Positions 1 through 9,195 of a DNA stretch of 15,292 bases are shown here, one piece after another. Origin of the DNA: Candidatus Hodarchaeota archaeon. Its GTDB lineage: Archaea; Asgardarchaeota; Lokiarchaeia; Sigyniarchaeales; SOKP01. The notes beneath the pieces are model-generated. The model was not told where the DNA came from. It did no database searches and was given only the letters and a program-made list of their open reading frames with translations. Position 1 is the stretch's first letter. Every line of letters starts with the position of its first letter. Both the position numbers and the translations under genes were made by a program. Location: positions 1 to 15,292 of the forward strand of contig JBHLKM010000034.1 in the NCBI GenBank assembly GCA_048886685.1, given 5' to 3'.

Positions 1-289
1 TCGCATTGAATTTAACCAGTTGATATTAGGATTAACTATTTAATAGTTAGTAACCTTAATATTTAAAATATTCATGTTATAAAATCAAATAATGAACAAT
101 TAGCATTGATTTCATAAGTTTTAAAGTTCAACGAAGCGTTTTTATATACCTAATTCTTTTTTTACGTTTTCTTTATATTTTAATTTATTCTGCTCATATT
201 CCAAATTTACATAAAATATATTTAAAAAAAAATAAATATTAAAGAGTTAATTAATAGGTAGAATACATTAAAACTCCATAGATCACCAT

Positions 290-622
290 TTACCTCTCTT
301 CAGGGGCTTCCATCCCCACGATTGGCATTGCCTCTGTTATGTCCATAAATGTCTCTATCTCATACCTAAACCCCTCAATACTTGACAAAAACTCGTGCGT
401 ACTCCGAACCCCTCGAAGAAGTGCGTCCTCGTATTTTCCTTTCACTATGTCGCCAATCACAACAACCTTAATCCCATCCTTTGTCGGTTTTACCCCAATA
501 GCCAATGTCTTAACTAAGGATGGATCTGGGGGATATTTCTGTAAACTTTCAACCCATTTTTTCGCAACCTCACTTGACTTCCCAGTAGGATACCATACAG
601 TCATGGTCGTAAATACCATCAT
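290..622 (-). CDS. Small conserved hypothetical protein (110 aa)
   Basis: Clean ORF with SD-like GGAGGT upstream (reverse complement of acctcc at 627-632) and globular composition. A paralogous C-terminal fragment at 762-875 supports it being a real family. Confidence 0.8.
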   Translation of the reverse strand: MMVFTTMTVWYPTGKSSEVAKKWVESLQKYPPDPSLVKTLAIGVKPTKDGIKVVVIGDIVKGKYEDALLRGVRSTHEFLSSIEGFRYEIETFMDITEAMPIVGMEAPEER

Positions 623-643
623 CCCAACCTCCTTTCATAATTT

Positions 644-679
644 AATTTGAATAATGACTTCAATTTGAATAAGTACTTT
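644..679. repeat. Imperfect 18-bp tandem repeat upstream of the 110-aa gene (possible regulator site)
   Basis: aatttgaataatgacttc (644-661) / aatttgaataagtacttt (662-679). Confidence 0.45.
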
Positions 680-761
680 TTGATTAGATTTCGAATATTT
701 GATAATTAATCCTAAGAATATTTAAATCTTTACATTTTTGTTAAATCTTCATTCAATTATC

Positions 762-875
762 TTAAAATCAATCGGTACTAGATACGCAGGATATAGAAAT
801 ATTGAAGGATTTAAGTATAAAGTAGAACACCTAATGACCACACAAGAAGCTTTACCAATGATAGGCCTTGGCTAA
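762..875 (+). pseudogene. 3' remnant of a paralog of the 290-622 gene, in inverted orientation
   Basis: Frame reads LKSIGTRYAGYRNIEGFKYKVEHLMTTQEALPMIGLG*, which aligns with SSIEGFRYEIETFMDITEAMPIVGM of the 110-aa protein. In-frame TAA at 723-725; no N-terminal half. Confidence 0.7.
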
Positions 876-1084
876 AAGCTAAATAAACTAAATAAAATAA
901 AAAATTCTAAATTCATTTTTTTTTGACTAATTTGAATTAAATTGTTTTTAATTGATAATTAAAATGTTTCCGGTTATGCCATAATTCGTAAACTTTTTTA
1001 ATTTTATGACTTAGAGATCTATATATATAAAATTGTTTATCACAAAAATTATTCAAAAATTAAACAAACAAAAAGTGAAAAAAA

Positions 1085-2773
1085 ATGGCACAATTAGGCG
1101 GAACACCCGTATTAATAATGAGGGAAGGCACTGAGAGACAGAGAGGCAGAGATGCTATGTCAAATAATATTGCTGCCGCTATAGTCATCGCAGAAGCCGT
1201 TCGTACATCACTAGGCCCCATGGGCATGGATAAAATGCTCGTAGACCAATTTGGAGACGTTGTTATTACAAACGACGGAGCGACGATCCTAAAAGAGATT
1301 GACGTGCAACATCCTGCCGCTAAGATGATGGTTGAAGTCGCAAAAACTCAGGATTCTGAAGTGGGAGATGGAACCACAACATCAGTAATTCTTGCTGGAG
1401 AACTCTTAAAACGAGCCAAAAAACTTTTAGAACAAAAGATTCATCCAACGGTTATTACCGAAGGATTTCGTAAAGCAGCAGATAAAGCTGTTGAAATACT
1501 TGAAAGAATATCAATTAAAAGTGGGATTGCGGATGAAAAAGGCTTATTGAACGCTGCTATGACTTGTATGTCCAGCAAAATAGTTTCCGAATCAAAAGAA
1601 AAACTAGCTAGAATATGTATGGATGCAATTAAAGCTATTGCTGAAAAAGATGATAACGGAAAGTGGGTAGCAGATATCGAAAAGGTTCAAATTCAAAAAA
1701 AAGAAGGGGAATCTATTGACGATACTAGCCTAATCAAAGGTATCATCTTAGACAAAGAAGTTGTAAGCCCTGGAATGCCAAAGAGCGTAAAAGATGCAAA
1801 AATTCTACTCTTACAAAGCGCTATTGAGATTGAAAAAACTGAATTCGATAGCAAACTTCAGATCACCAGACCTGAGCAAATTCAAGAATTCCTTGATGAA
1901 GAAGAAAAAATGATAAGAACAATGGTTGAAAAAATAGAGAAGTCTGGAGCAAAAGTCGTTATCTGTCAAAAGGGAATTGATGATTTGGCTCAACATTTCT
2001 TAAATAAAGCTGATATTATGGCTATAAGACGAGTTAAAAAATCTGATATCGAAAAACTCTCAAAAGCCACTGGTGGAATGATCTTTACTAATCTTGACGA
2101 CATTACCGAAGACAAGCTTGGATGGGCAGGACTAGTAGAAGAACGCAAGATTATGAATGATAGCTGGATTTTCATCGAGGAATGTAAAGATCCTAAATCT
2201 GTCGTAATCCTTATAAGAGGTGGAACCGAACTTATCGTTGACGAAGTTGAAAGAGCTATTCATGACGCTCTCTGTGTTACCAGGGATGTTGTAGAAGATG
2301 AAAAACTCGTCGGTGGTGGTGGTGCCCCTGAACTTGAAACTGCTATTCAACTACGAAAATATGCATCTTCTCTTGGTGGCCGTGAGCAACTTGCTGTTGA
2401 GATCTTCGCCGATTCTCTCGATATTATTCCCAAAACTCTCGCTGAAAATGCTGGTTTAGACCAAATTGATACCCTCATGAAATTAAGAGCCTCTCACCAA
2501 AAAGGCAATAAATTCGCAGGGCACGATCTTGATACCGGCGAAGTCATCGACGATATGAGTAGCGCTGGCGTTGTCGAACCAACTATCGTAAAAGTACAAG
2601 CTATTAAAAGCTCTACCGAAGCTACCTCTATGATTTTACGTATCGATGATGTAATAGCTAGTGCAAAGACTGCAGGTATGCCTCCTGGTATGCCACCTGG
2701 TGGAGTTCCTCCTGGAATGGGTGGAATGGGAGGAATGCCCGGTGGAATGGGATATCCTCCAGATATGTATTAA
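1085..2773 (+). CDS. ths: Thermosome subunit (group II chaperonin, TCP-1/cpn60 family)
   Basis: Motifs [26 protein letters not shown] (ATP-binding), [14 protein letters not shown], and a GGM-rich C-terminal tail. Alpha versus beta subunit not assignable by eye. Confidence 0.98.
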   Translation: MAQLGGTPVLIMREGTERQRGRDAMSNNIAAAIVIAEAVRTSLGPMGMDKMLVDQFGDVVITNDGATILKEIDVQHPAAKMMVEVAKTQDSEVGDGTTTSVILAGELLKRAKKLLEQKIHPTVITEGFRKAADKAVEILERISIKSGIADEKGLLNAAMTCMSSKIVSESKEKLARICMDAIKAIAEKDDNGKWVADIEKVQIQKKEGESIDDTSLIKGIILDKEVVSPGMPKSVKDAKILLLQSAIEIEKTEFDSKLQITRPEQIQEFLDEEEKMIRTMVEKIEKSGAKVVICQKGIDDLAQHFLNKADIMAIRRVKKSDIEKLSKATGGMIFTNLDDITEDKLGWAGLVEERKIMNDSWIFIEECKDPKSVVILIRGGTELIVDEVERAIHDALCVTRDVVEDEKLVGGGGAPELETAIQLRKYASSLGGREQLAVEIFADSLDIIPKTLAENAGLDQIDTLMKLRASHQKGNKFAGHDLDTGEVIDDMSSAGVVEPTIVKVQAIKSSTEATSMILRIDDVIASAKTAGMPPGMPPGGVPPGMGGMGGMPGGMGYPPDMY

Positions 2774-2784
2774 GCTCTTAAAAC

Positions 2785-2828
2785 TTATTTTTATTTATTT
2801 TTTCTTTCTATTTTTCTTTTAATTTTTT
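2785..2828 (+). terminator. Oligo-T tract after the thermosome gene (archaeal-type terminator)
   Basis: ttattttttatttattttttctttctatttttcttttaatttttt begins about 10 nt after the TAA. Confidence 0.5.
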
Positions 2829-2984
2829 GGCGATATTTTGTGCAAGCTCACACCCAACGATATCAATTCCATTAATTGCCCATTTTAGTTCTTCTTTTAT
2901 TTCTTCTGATGTTACTGTTTTCTTTAAAGCTGTTAAATCAACTCGTACTTCAATAAGTAATTCAATAATTTCATCAATGGTCAT
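2808..2984 (-). CDS. Small helical hypothetical protein (58 aa, absent from the ORF track)
   Basis: MTIDEIIELLIEVRVDLTALKKTVTSEEIKEELKWAINGIDIVGCELAQNIAKKLKEK*, with an amphipathic helical pattern. Frame stays open upstream to 3035. Confidence 0.55.
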   Translation of the reverse strand: MTIDEIIELLIEVRVDLTALKKTVTSEEIKEELKWAINGIDIVGCELAQNIAKKLKEK

Positions 2985-3114
2985 ATTTTCATACTTTTTT
3001 TTTTCTTGATTAGTTTGATTTTCTGTTATTTTGCATCAACTCAAATTTTTTTTACCTAAATTTTTGTACTTAATAATCTATATACAAATCTCCTATTTAA
3101 ATTTACAAAAAAAA

Positions 3115-4899
3115 TTAATGTGTTTTTTGGTTTCGTCGAAATCTTACCATGAAGCTTGTTATAAGCACCGTTGTTACTCCAAATATTAAAGGTAGGTTGT
3201 AGCTAGGAATGGCATCACCGTCTCCTGGAATTATCTCTGGAGGCTCGGAGTGGTAAATGATAAGCGAAGGATCATGTATGATTTTCTCACCGCTCCATAC
3301 CGGATAATTTTGTGTTTCCATAGTAAACATGTCGTCTTGTACTGTAAATGAAGTATCTTGAGCCACAATATCACGCAGAGTAAAAATAGAGCTTACCAAA
3401 GGATTATCAAAATAGGAGTCTTCGTTGGTAAACAGGATTGCATGTTTATGAACACTTCCGCCTGATGAGGGATACACTGTATCTACGTCTTCTGTGGAAT
3501 TATGCAAGATGTAATTCTTTTTACTGCTTCCCATGTTAATTTCGGCAACGACAGTGTCATTTGAGACAAAAGAAAATTTATCTCGTGGGACTGATAGGAA
3601 CGGTGTGTCAGGTTCATCAATGTCAAAATCTGAGAGGAAAAAGTTAAATTGCGGGAGCAACAGACCGTAGCCTTGTACGGCCTCAAAAGCGGTGGCGTTT
3701 GTTAATTTTCCTAACTCCAAGGTGATATCAAGATTAGCTTCCTCTTCACTTACAAGAAAATCGAATCCATACGAAAGGTTAGTTGGAGACATATCGGTGT
3801 AGGTTGCATTATAGGGTGTCTGATATAGATCTTCGGGTGGTCGATCGCTATCACTGAAGGAGATTTGCATGGGAAAGTGAGGATAGGTTATTCCCCATGA
3901 AATATTTGCGCTGGGGGTCTCAACCGGAGGTGAAAATTGTATTTCTGCAATAATTTCTTCAAGAGATTTATCAGACGGAAAGGCAACATCGACGTTATCA
4001 AGAAACACAGTTTCGTTATCCTCCATGAAGCCAGTTGATTGAAACGCTTGAGGATACACATTCCCTACTAATTCGGTACTTGCATAGAAGTAGGGAAGAC
4101 TATGATCATCGGGATTGTCATGAACAGTAAGGATCGAGTCTCGATTCTTGTCTTTGTAGATAAAGAAATCGTAAAAGAGGTGTGCCCATGCGATCCTATC
4201 ATTTTTCGCAGTCTCAAATAACTGTATAGTAAGGATTATAGGTTTTACCAACTGTTCTGATTTCTTTACGTGCCATTTGAAGGGATACCACTCGTCACCC
4301 TTAGAAACCGTAGTATTGACCTCTCCAGGAACATCCTCTATAACCGTCCAGTTTCCCACAAGTTCGTCCGTGTCGATCTTACGCTCTTCAAAGTAGCTTA
4401 CAATATGACGGTTATATTGCTCCCTATATATATAGGTGGTGACATCCTTTTGTATGAAGTTTTCATAGGTAAACGTCCCCCCTTTGAGAGCAATCCATAT
4501 AAGTTTTACTCCTGAACCATAATCAATATTTACCTGATAGGCATCCATATTCATGGCAATCGAAGCATTTCCTGATCTTACCCTTTCAAGTGTTGAGCTA
4601 TAATTGGCAGTATGAGTTATCGTGCGATTTTCTTTTATGTAGACATTATAAATATGGCGGTACTCATAATGGAGAGAGCTAGTAACTTCGGTGTAATTAC
4701 CTGAATCTGCAGTTGAGATCGTATCATTTTCCCATTCTAACTGTTTTGAAAAGGTAAAGGTGGTATCCTTCCAAGAATAGTTGAGTTTTGGTTTTGGATC
4801 TGAAATCTGTAGGGCCGCATTCACCATGAAAATTGGTGAGATAATAACAAGAAGCCCTATAACAATAATGAAAAAGGTATTTTTGTAAAATGGTTTTAT
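3115..4899 (-). CDS. Secreted/cell-surface glycoprotein with Loki-CTERM-like C-terminal anchor (track start 4827; probable start ATA at 4899)
   Basis: C-terminus AIPSYNLPLIFGVTTVLITSFMVRFRRNQK (IPxY motif + TM + basic tail) and many N-x-S/T sequons. The in-frame upstream extension IKPFYKNTFFIIVIGLLVIISPIF forms a signal peptide behind an AGGTGA SD. Confidence 0.85.
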   Translation of the reverse strand: MKPFYKNTFFIIVIGLLVIISPIFMVNAALQISDPKPKLNYSWKDTTFTFSKQLEWENDTISTADSGNYTEVTSSLHYEYRHIYNVYIKENRTITHTANYSSTLERVRSGNASIAMNMDAYQVNIDYGSGVKLIWIALKGGTFTYENFIQKDVTTYIYREQYNRHIVSYFEERKIDTDELVGNWTVIEDVPGEVNTTVSKGDEWYPFKWHVKKSEQLVKPIILTIQLFETAKNDRIAWAHLFYDFFIYKDKNRDSILTVHDNPDDHSLPYFYASTELVGNVYPQAFQSTGFMEDNETVFLDNVDVAFPSDKSLEEIIAEIQFSPPVETPSANISWGITYPHFPMQISFSDSDRPPEDLYQTPYNATYTDMSPTNLSYGFDFLVSEEEANLDITLELGKLTNATAFEAVQGYGLLLPQFNFFLSDFDIDEPDTPFLSVPRDKFSFVSNDTVVAEINMGSSKKNYILHNSTEDVDTVYPSSGGSVHKHAILFTNEDSYFDNPLVSSIFTLRDIVAQDTSFTVQDDMFTMETQNYPVWSGEKIIHDPSLIIYHSEPPEIIPGDGDAIPSYNLPLIFGVTTVLITSFMVRFRRNQKTH

Positions 4900-4998
4900 T
4901 TTATTTCACCTGAATTTTTTTTGATTATACAGTTGTGAAAATAATTTCATACGTATCTATTATTTTATTTACACATATAAACATTTATTAAATACAAA

Positions 4999-5214
4999 TT
5001 GAAAAGGAAATCATCATTATTAGATCAAATTGAGGTATGTCTCTCAGGATCATTAAAAGATATAGATTATGATAAAATTTTTAAATTAAATAATTTCTGT
5101 CATGAAGTAGATAAAATTTATGATTGGCCTTTTAATCCTAAATCAATAAAAAAATTACTAGCATCTCTTGGTTCTCCGATTTTACCCTTAATTATCTCTT
5201 TCTTTGGGATTTAG
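4999..5214 (+). pseudogene. Probable 3' remnant of a membrane protein
   Basis: Ends in ...YDWPFNPKSIKKLLASLGSPILPLIISFFGI*, resembling a WPF-motif + terminal TM C-terminus. No SD and no ATG; in-frame TAA at 4978-4980. Confidence 0.5.
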
Positions 5215-5331
5215 AGTATTTATTGATAAAATACAAGTAAGTAACAGAAAAATTGTAGCTCAACCTGAGGAAATTAAATTTTTATTTTATAAATTTGATA
5301 ATATTCTATTTTCGCCAAAAATATAAAATTA

Positions 5332-5534
5332 AATATTCGATTAATATAAAAAGGGTTGATGAAATATCCCAGTACATCGAGAACTTACAAGAATTATTAC
5401 CAAACACACATCCGAATGTCAATCTTCGAAGTGATAGTAATTTACATAGGCTCAAGGGCGATAATAGAATGGAATTACTGACAGTTTTCGAAGCACTGCT
5501 TGAAGCCATATTTCAAGTAGACTTATTAGATTGA
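5332..5534 (+). pseudogene. 5'-truncated paralog of the 6986-7303 gene
   Basis: 5332-5513 is colinear with 7035-7216 (offset 1703; hand count 34/182 nt mismatches, 42/60 aa identical). Lacks the MTPYRLKFEIEIDENQE N-terminus. Confidence 0.75.
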
Positions 5535-5538
5535 GATT

Positions 5539-5600
5539 GGTAAATTCAGAGTCTGATTTCAATGAAAATTCATTTAAAAAGACTAAACAAAAGCTTTGAA
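5539..5600 (+). repeat. Dispersed intergenic element copy A (33-bp core 5539-5571 + degenerate right arm)
   Basis: GGTAAATTCAGAGTCTGATTTCAATGAAAATTC, then atttaaaaagac...acaaaagctttgaa resembling the right arms of copies C and D. Confidence 0.9.
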
Positions 5601-5707
5601 CTCAATAAGAATTTGATTAGATTTTAGGATTTTCTTAGTTTTTGATTGAGAAAGATTGTTACAAGTGATAGAATGCTAAGGAAAAAGAGCAGATTATTTT
5701 TTAGGAC

Positions 5708-5725
5708 AAGTTTAGATCTAAACTT
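5708..5725. other. Perfect 18-bp palindrome spanning the esterase stop codon
   Basis: AAGTTTAGATCTAAACTT is its own reverse complement. Confidence 0.6.
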
Positions 5726-6623
5726 CTTCTTTTAGGTGTTTTTGGATAAATTCTCCAATTTTTTCAATTGCTTGTTGACCCTCTGGCGTAATTGCTGCAA
5801 ATAGATGGAAACCATGAACCATATCTTCCCACACTTCCAAAGTGACCTCAACACCAGCAACTTTCGCCATTTCTGCAAATCGAGTCGAGTCATCTAGTAT
5901 AATTTCAGCACTCCCTACTTGAATCAGAAGTGGGGGTAATTCTTTGAGATCTCCATATAAAGGGGAAATGTATGGGTTTTTTGGATCATTATCTCCAAGA
6001 TACAAATCAGCAAAAAAGTATGCTTCGCTTGCGTTTATCACAGGATCTAATCTCTTATTTTTTCGAAATGAATCACCTGTCATCTCTAGATCAGTCCAAG
6101 GGGAGAGTAAAAAAGCAGCCACTGGTAAAGAGATGTCTAAATCCCTTAATTTAAGGAGCGTTGCGGCTGTTAAACCTCCTCCGGCGGATTCACCCCCAAT
6201 TATTATCTTTTTAGGATTGATTCCTTCAATATCAATTAGCCACTTATAAGCAGCCACTGCATCTTCTAAAGCAGCAGGATATGGGTATTCTGGAGCCAAA
6301 CGATATTCTATTAGTAATACACGTGATTCTGATGCCAGTGAAATCCTAGCTCCAAGATCTTTATGTGAATTTATTGAACCTGAGATATAACCACCCCCAT
6401 GTAGATATAAAACTACATGATCCTTTAGAGCATTTGGAGAGGTTATCCATACCGAAGAAATTCCGTTAACCGTTATTTCTTCAATTATTGCATCCTTAGG
6501 AAACTCTCCTATCACAACCGAATTTTCCATAAAATTACGAGATTCTTTTACTCGCCTTCTAGAAGAAATATCGTTTAATTTTTTGAGCATTTTAATCACT
6601 CTTTTCATTTCCTTACTCACCAT
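5718..6623 (-). CDS. Alpha/beta hydrolase, hormone-sensitive-lipase family (Abhydrolase_3) esterase
   Basis: HGGGY oxyanion motif, EYRLAPEYPYPAALED, GESAGG nucleophile elbow, GSAEIILDD acid and MVHGF histidine. Confidence 0.96.
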   Translation of the reverse strand: MVSKEMKRVIKMLKKLNDISSRRRVKESRNFMENSVVIGEFPKDAIIEEITVNGISSVWITSPNALKDHVVLYLHGGGYISGSINSHKDLGARISLASESRVLLIEYRLAPEYPYPAALEDAVAAYKWLIDIEGINPKKIIIGGESAGGGLTAATLLKLRDLDISLPVAAFLLSPWTDLEMTGDSFRKNKRLDPVINASEAYFFADLYLGDNDPKNPYISPLYGDLKELPPLLIQVGSAEIILDDSTRFAEMAKVAGVEVTLEVWEDMVHGFHLFAAITPEGQQAIEKIGEFIQKHLKEEV

Positions 6624-6724
6624 AGTGAATTTTCCCTCTTTTATTTAGACAACATTATTTTAGTATTGGTATTAGTAATTCTGTTTAAAAAAATATTTGT
6701 GCTGTTAGAAGTGGTGGTAATTCC

Positions 6725-6746
6725 TTTTCTGGAAAAATCCAGAAAA
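6725..6746. promoter_or_regulatory. Inverted repeat, candidate operator ~100 bp upstream of the esterase
   Basis: TTTTCTGGA-aaaa-TCCAGAAAA (9-bp arms, 4-bp spacer). Confidence 0.4.
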
Positions 6747-6763
6747 ATTTAATATTAATATAG

Positions 6764-6898
6764 TTTTTTTTCAATCAACCCAAAAGAAGTTCCTTCTTTA
6801 TTCCGCCTTTCCTGGATGAGTGGCTTTTTATCTATATTGATAGGCAAGATGTTTTTACAGTGAATATAACCTTAACGGATGAAATTCTTAAAATATAA
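6764..6898 (+). pseudogene. Possible start-less 3' gene remnant followed by an oligo-T terminator
   Basis: Open frame FFFNQPKRSSFFIPPFLDEWLFIYIDRQDVFTVNITLTDEILKI* with no ATG, in a locally GC-richer patch. T-tract at 6899-6925. Confidence 0.35.
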
Positions 6899-6985
6899 TT
6901 TTATTTTTTTTATCTTTTTTTCTTTAAATATAAACAGAAGAATAAAGCAAATAGTGAAAATTAAGCATATAAAATAGGTGGTAAA

Positions 6986-7303
6986 ATGACTCCTTATAGG
7001 TTAAAATTTGAAATTGAGATTGATGAGAATCAGGAATATTCGATTAACATAAGAAGGGCTGATGAGATATCCCAGTACATCGAAAATTTACATGAACTAT
7101 TACCAGACACTTTTCCGAATGTCAAACTTCGCAATAATGGTAATTTATATAAGCTTAAGAGCGAGAATAGAACAGATTTACTGAATGTTTTTACAGCATT
7201 GCTTGAAGTTATTTTTTTTTCATATTGTTTTCGCCAAGAGGGTATAAACTATCATGTAAAAAATTATATAATTATATTTAACATTTTTGTCTATTACTCG
7301 TAG
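6986..7303 (+). CDS. Small hypothetical protein; C-terminus possibly altered at a poly-T run
   Basis: SD AGGTGG 4 nt before the ATG. Paralog at 5332-5534. Similarity to the paralog stops at the T run (~7212-7221). Confidence 0.7.
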   Translation: MTPYRLKFEIEIDENQEYSINIRRADEISQYIENLHELLPDTFPNVKLRNNGNLYKLKSENRTDLLNVFTALLEVIFFSYCFRQEGINYHVKNYIIIFNIFVYYS

Positions 7304-7407
7304 AAATAATTAGATTTTCATTCTAAAATTCATTTAAAGGCGTTTTTAACTTTACCCATTAGGAAATTTAGTGTTGTTTTTAATGCTTTAAATTAAAAAG
7401 GAATTAT

Positions 7408-9195
7408 ATGTCTAACCTAATAGAATTAGTATTTCTTTTTTTAGTTCTTATTTTAACGGGGCTAAGCATCATTTATTTCGTAGCACAGAAAAGAGAGAAT
7501 TCACCTCCTCTTCTAAAATATATCATCATGCTTGTTTTAGGGATTTCGATTATCATTTTCATAATAAATTCATTACCCGTTATAGGGTCTGTTTCAGAGC
7601 CTGAAGTTTCTTCTGAAAACGTAATAGTTAGTAATATCCCGCTTTTTTTACTCTGCTTTTCTACTGCGTTATTTATTTATTCAGTGAACAATTCTGGTGA
7701 TGATGTTGTGGAATTGGATAATCCTTCAATCTTGAAATCTAGAAAAGGTACAATTAAAATTGGCAGAGTAATGAAAGGGAAACAAAAGAAGCATAAATTT
7801 TTTCTTTCACTTAAGGATCTGGAAAAGCACATGTTTATTTGTGGCGCAACAGGTACAGGAAAAACAACACTTTTACAATATCTTCTTATGAATTTTACTA
7901 AGCATCACAAAATTCCTTTCATGCTTGTGGAGTTTAAGGGAGAGTATCATTTTTTACAGCGAAAGATCGAGAATTTATTGATATTTCGACCAGGAGAGAA
8001 TTTCTCGATAAATATCTTTAATCCGGGGGACATCGCTCCAGAAGTTCATGCTGAACGCGTTTTTGATATATTAAAGAGTGGAAAGTTTTTAGATGAAAAT
8101 GCTGAGTTTTCTCCTCAAATGGAGAAAGTTCTTGTCGAAATTCTAACTAAGGTATGTGCGAACAAACAATTTCAGAGTTGGAAAGGATTTTATGATTATT
8201 GTAAAGGGTATGCGAAGAATAAGAAAGATGAGATTCCAATGTTAAGTCAAACTCTTATCAGTATTACAAATAGGATTAGGCGGTTTTCCTTAGGATCGTT
8301 AAAAGCATTATTTGATACAGATCATAACATTAAAATAGAAAATATCTTCGAGAGAAATATTTTAATTGATTTAAGTTCAATTATACGCTTGGGAGGAGAG
8401 AAAGAAGATGCTCTTTTCTTTTTAAATATGTTATTGAAATATTTATGGGATATAAATCTCACACGGGGAGCTTTTAATTTTAAGGGCATAAAACATGTAA
8501 CTATTGTCGAAGATACACAATATTTTGCCCCAAAAGATCTTACACGACAAAATAAGTTGACAACATACTTAGAGGATATCGCTCTACTTCAAAGAGGTAC
8601 AGGAGAATGCCTAATCTCTCTAGCAACTCACCCTGATATAAGTCAAGAAATATTGGCAAATTGCGGCGTTTTAGTATGCTTTAAAACCCATATTGAAAAA
8701 GAATTTTTATGTAAATTATTAAACCTTGATACTGAAAATGAAGATTATTTGTCGATTTTAGAGGAGGGGCAATGTCTAATTCGTGTTAATTCTATCAAGA
8801 GACCTTTTTTACTAAGTGTTCCCTTTGTTAAAAGAGATTGGTTAGAAATATCTGAAATTACCAAAAATAACCAAATCATTTTGGAAAATCTTGAAAACAA
8901 AAGTTTTGAAGTGGTAAAAACACCACATGTTAAATTTATAAAGAAATTTAAGGAAAAAAGTGCTAAAAGTATGAGTAGAATAAATAATAAAATTAAGGAA
9001 TTGAAGAATAAACTCACAAAGAAGTTAAAGAATAAAGAAAGTGATCCAATATTTATACCTAATTTTGATTCCAATAGGGATATTTTAGAAGATGATATAG
9101 ATCCTTTTGATGAAGTTGAAAAAGATAGAGAAGCATACGAGAGATTGAAAAAATACATAAATAAGCTAGCCGCAGAACAGGAAAAAGCTGGGTAG
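7408..9195 (+). CDS. Membrane-anchored HerA/FtsK-VirB4-like (DUF87) P-loop ATPase
   Basis: Three N-terminal hydrophobic segments. Motifs KHMFICGATGTGKTT (Walker A), EFKGEY, SINIF, IDLS, TIVEDTQYF (Walker-B region), QRGTG, LATHP, ILANCG and LEEGQC. Lys-rich coiled-coil tail. Confidence 0.9.
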   Translation: MSNLIELVFLFLVLILTGLSIIYFVAQKRENSPPLLKYIIMLVLGISIIIFIINSLPVIGSVSEPEVSSENVIVSNIPLFLLCFSTALFIYSVNNSGDDVVELDNPSILKSRKGTIKIGRVMKGKQKKHKFFLSLKDLEKHMFICGATGTGKTTLLQYLLMNFTKHHKIPFMLVEFKGEYHFLQRKIENLLIFRPGENFSINIFNPGDIAPEVHAERVFDILKSGKFLDENAEFSPQMEKVLVEILTKVCANKQFQSWKGFYDYCKGYAKNKKDEIPMLSQTLISITNRIRRFSLGSLKALFDTDHNIKIENIFERNILIDLSSIIRLGGEKEDALFFLNMLLKYLWDINLTRGAFNFKGIKHVTIVEDTQYFAPKDLTRQNKLTTYLEDIALLQRGTGECLISLATHPDISQEILANCGVLVCFKTHIEKEFLCKLLNLDTENEDYLSILEEGQCLIRVNSIKRPFLLSVPFVKRDWLEISEITKNNQIILENLENKSFEVVKTPHVKFIKKFKEKSAKSMSRINNKIKELKNKLTKKLKNKESDPIFIPNFDSNRDILEDDIDPFDEVEKDREAYERLKKYINKLAAEQEKAG

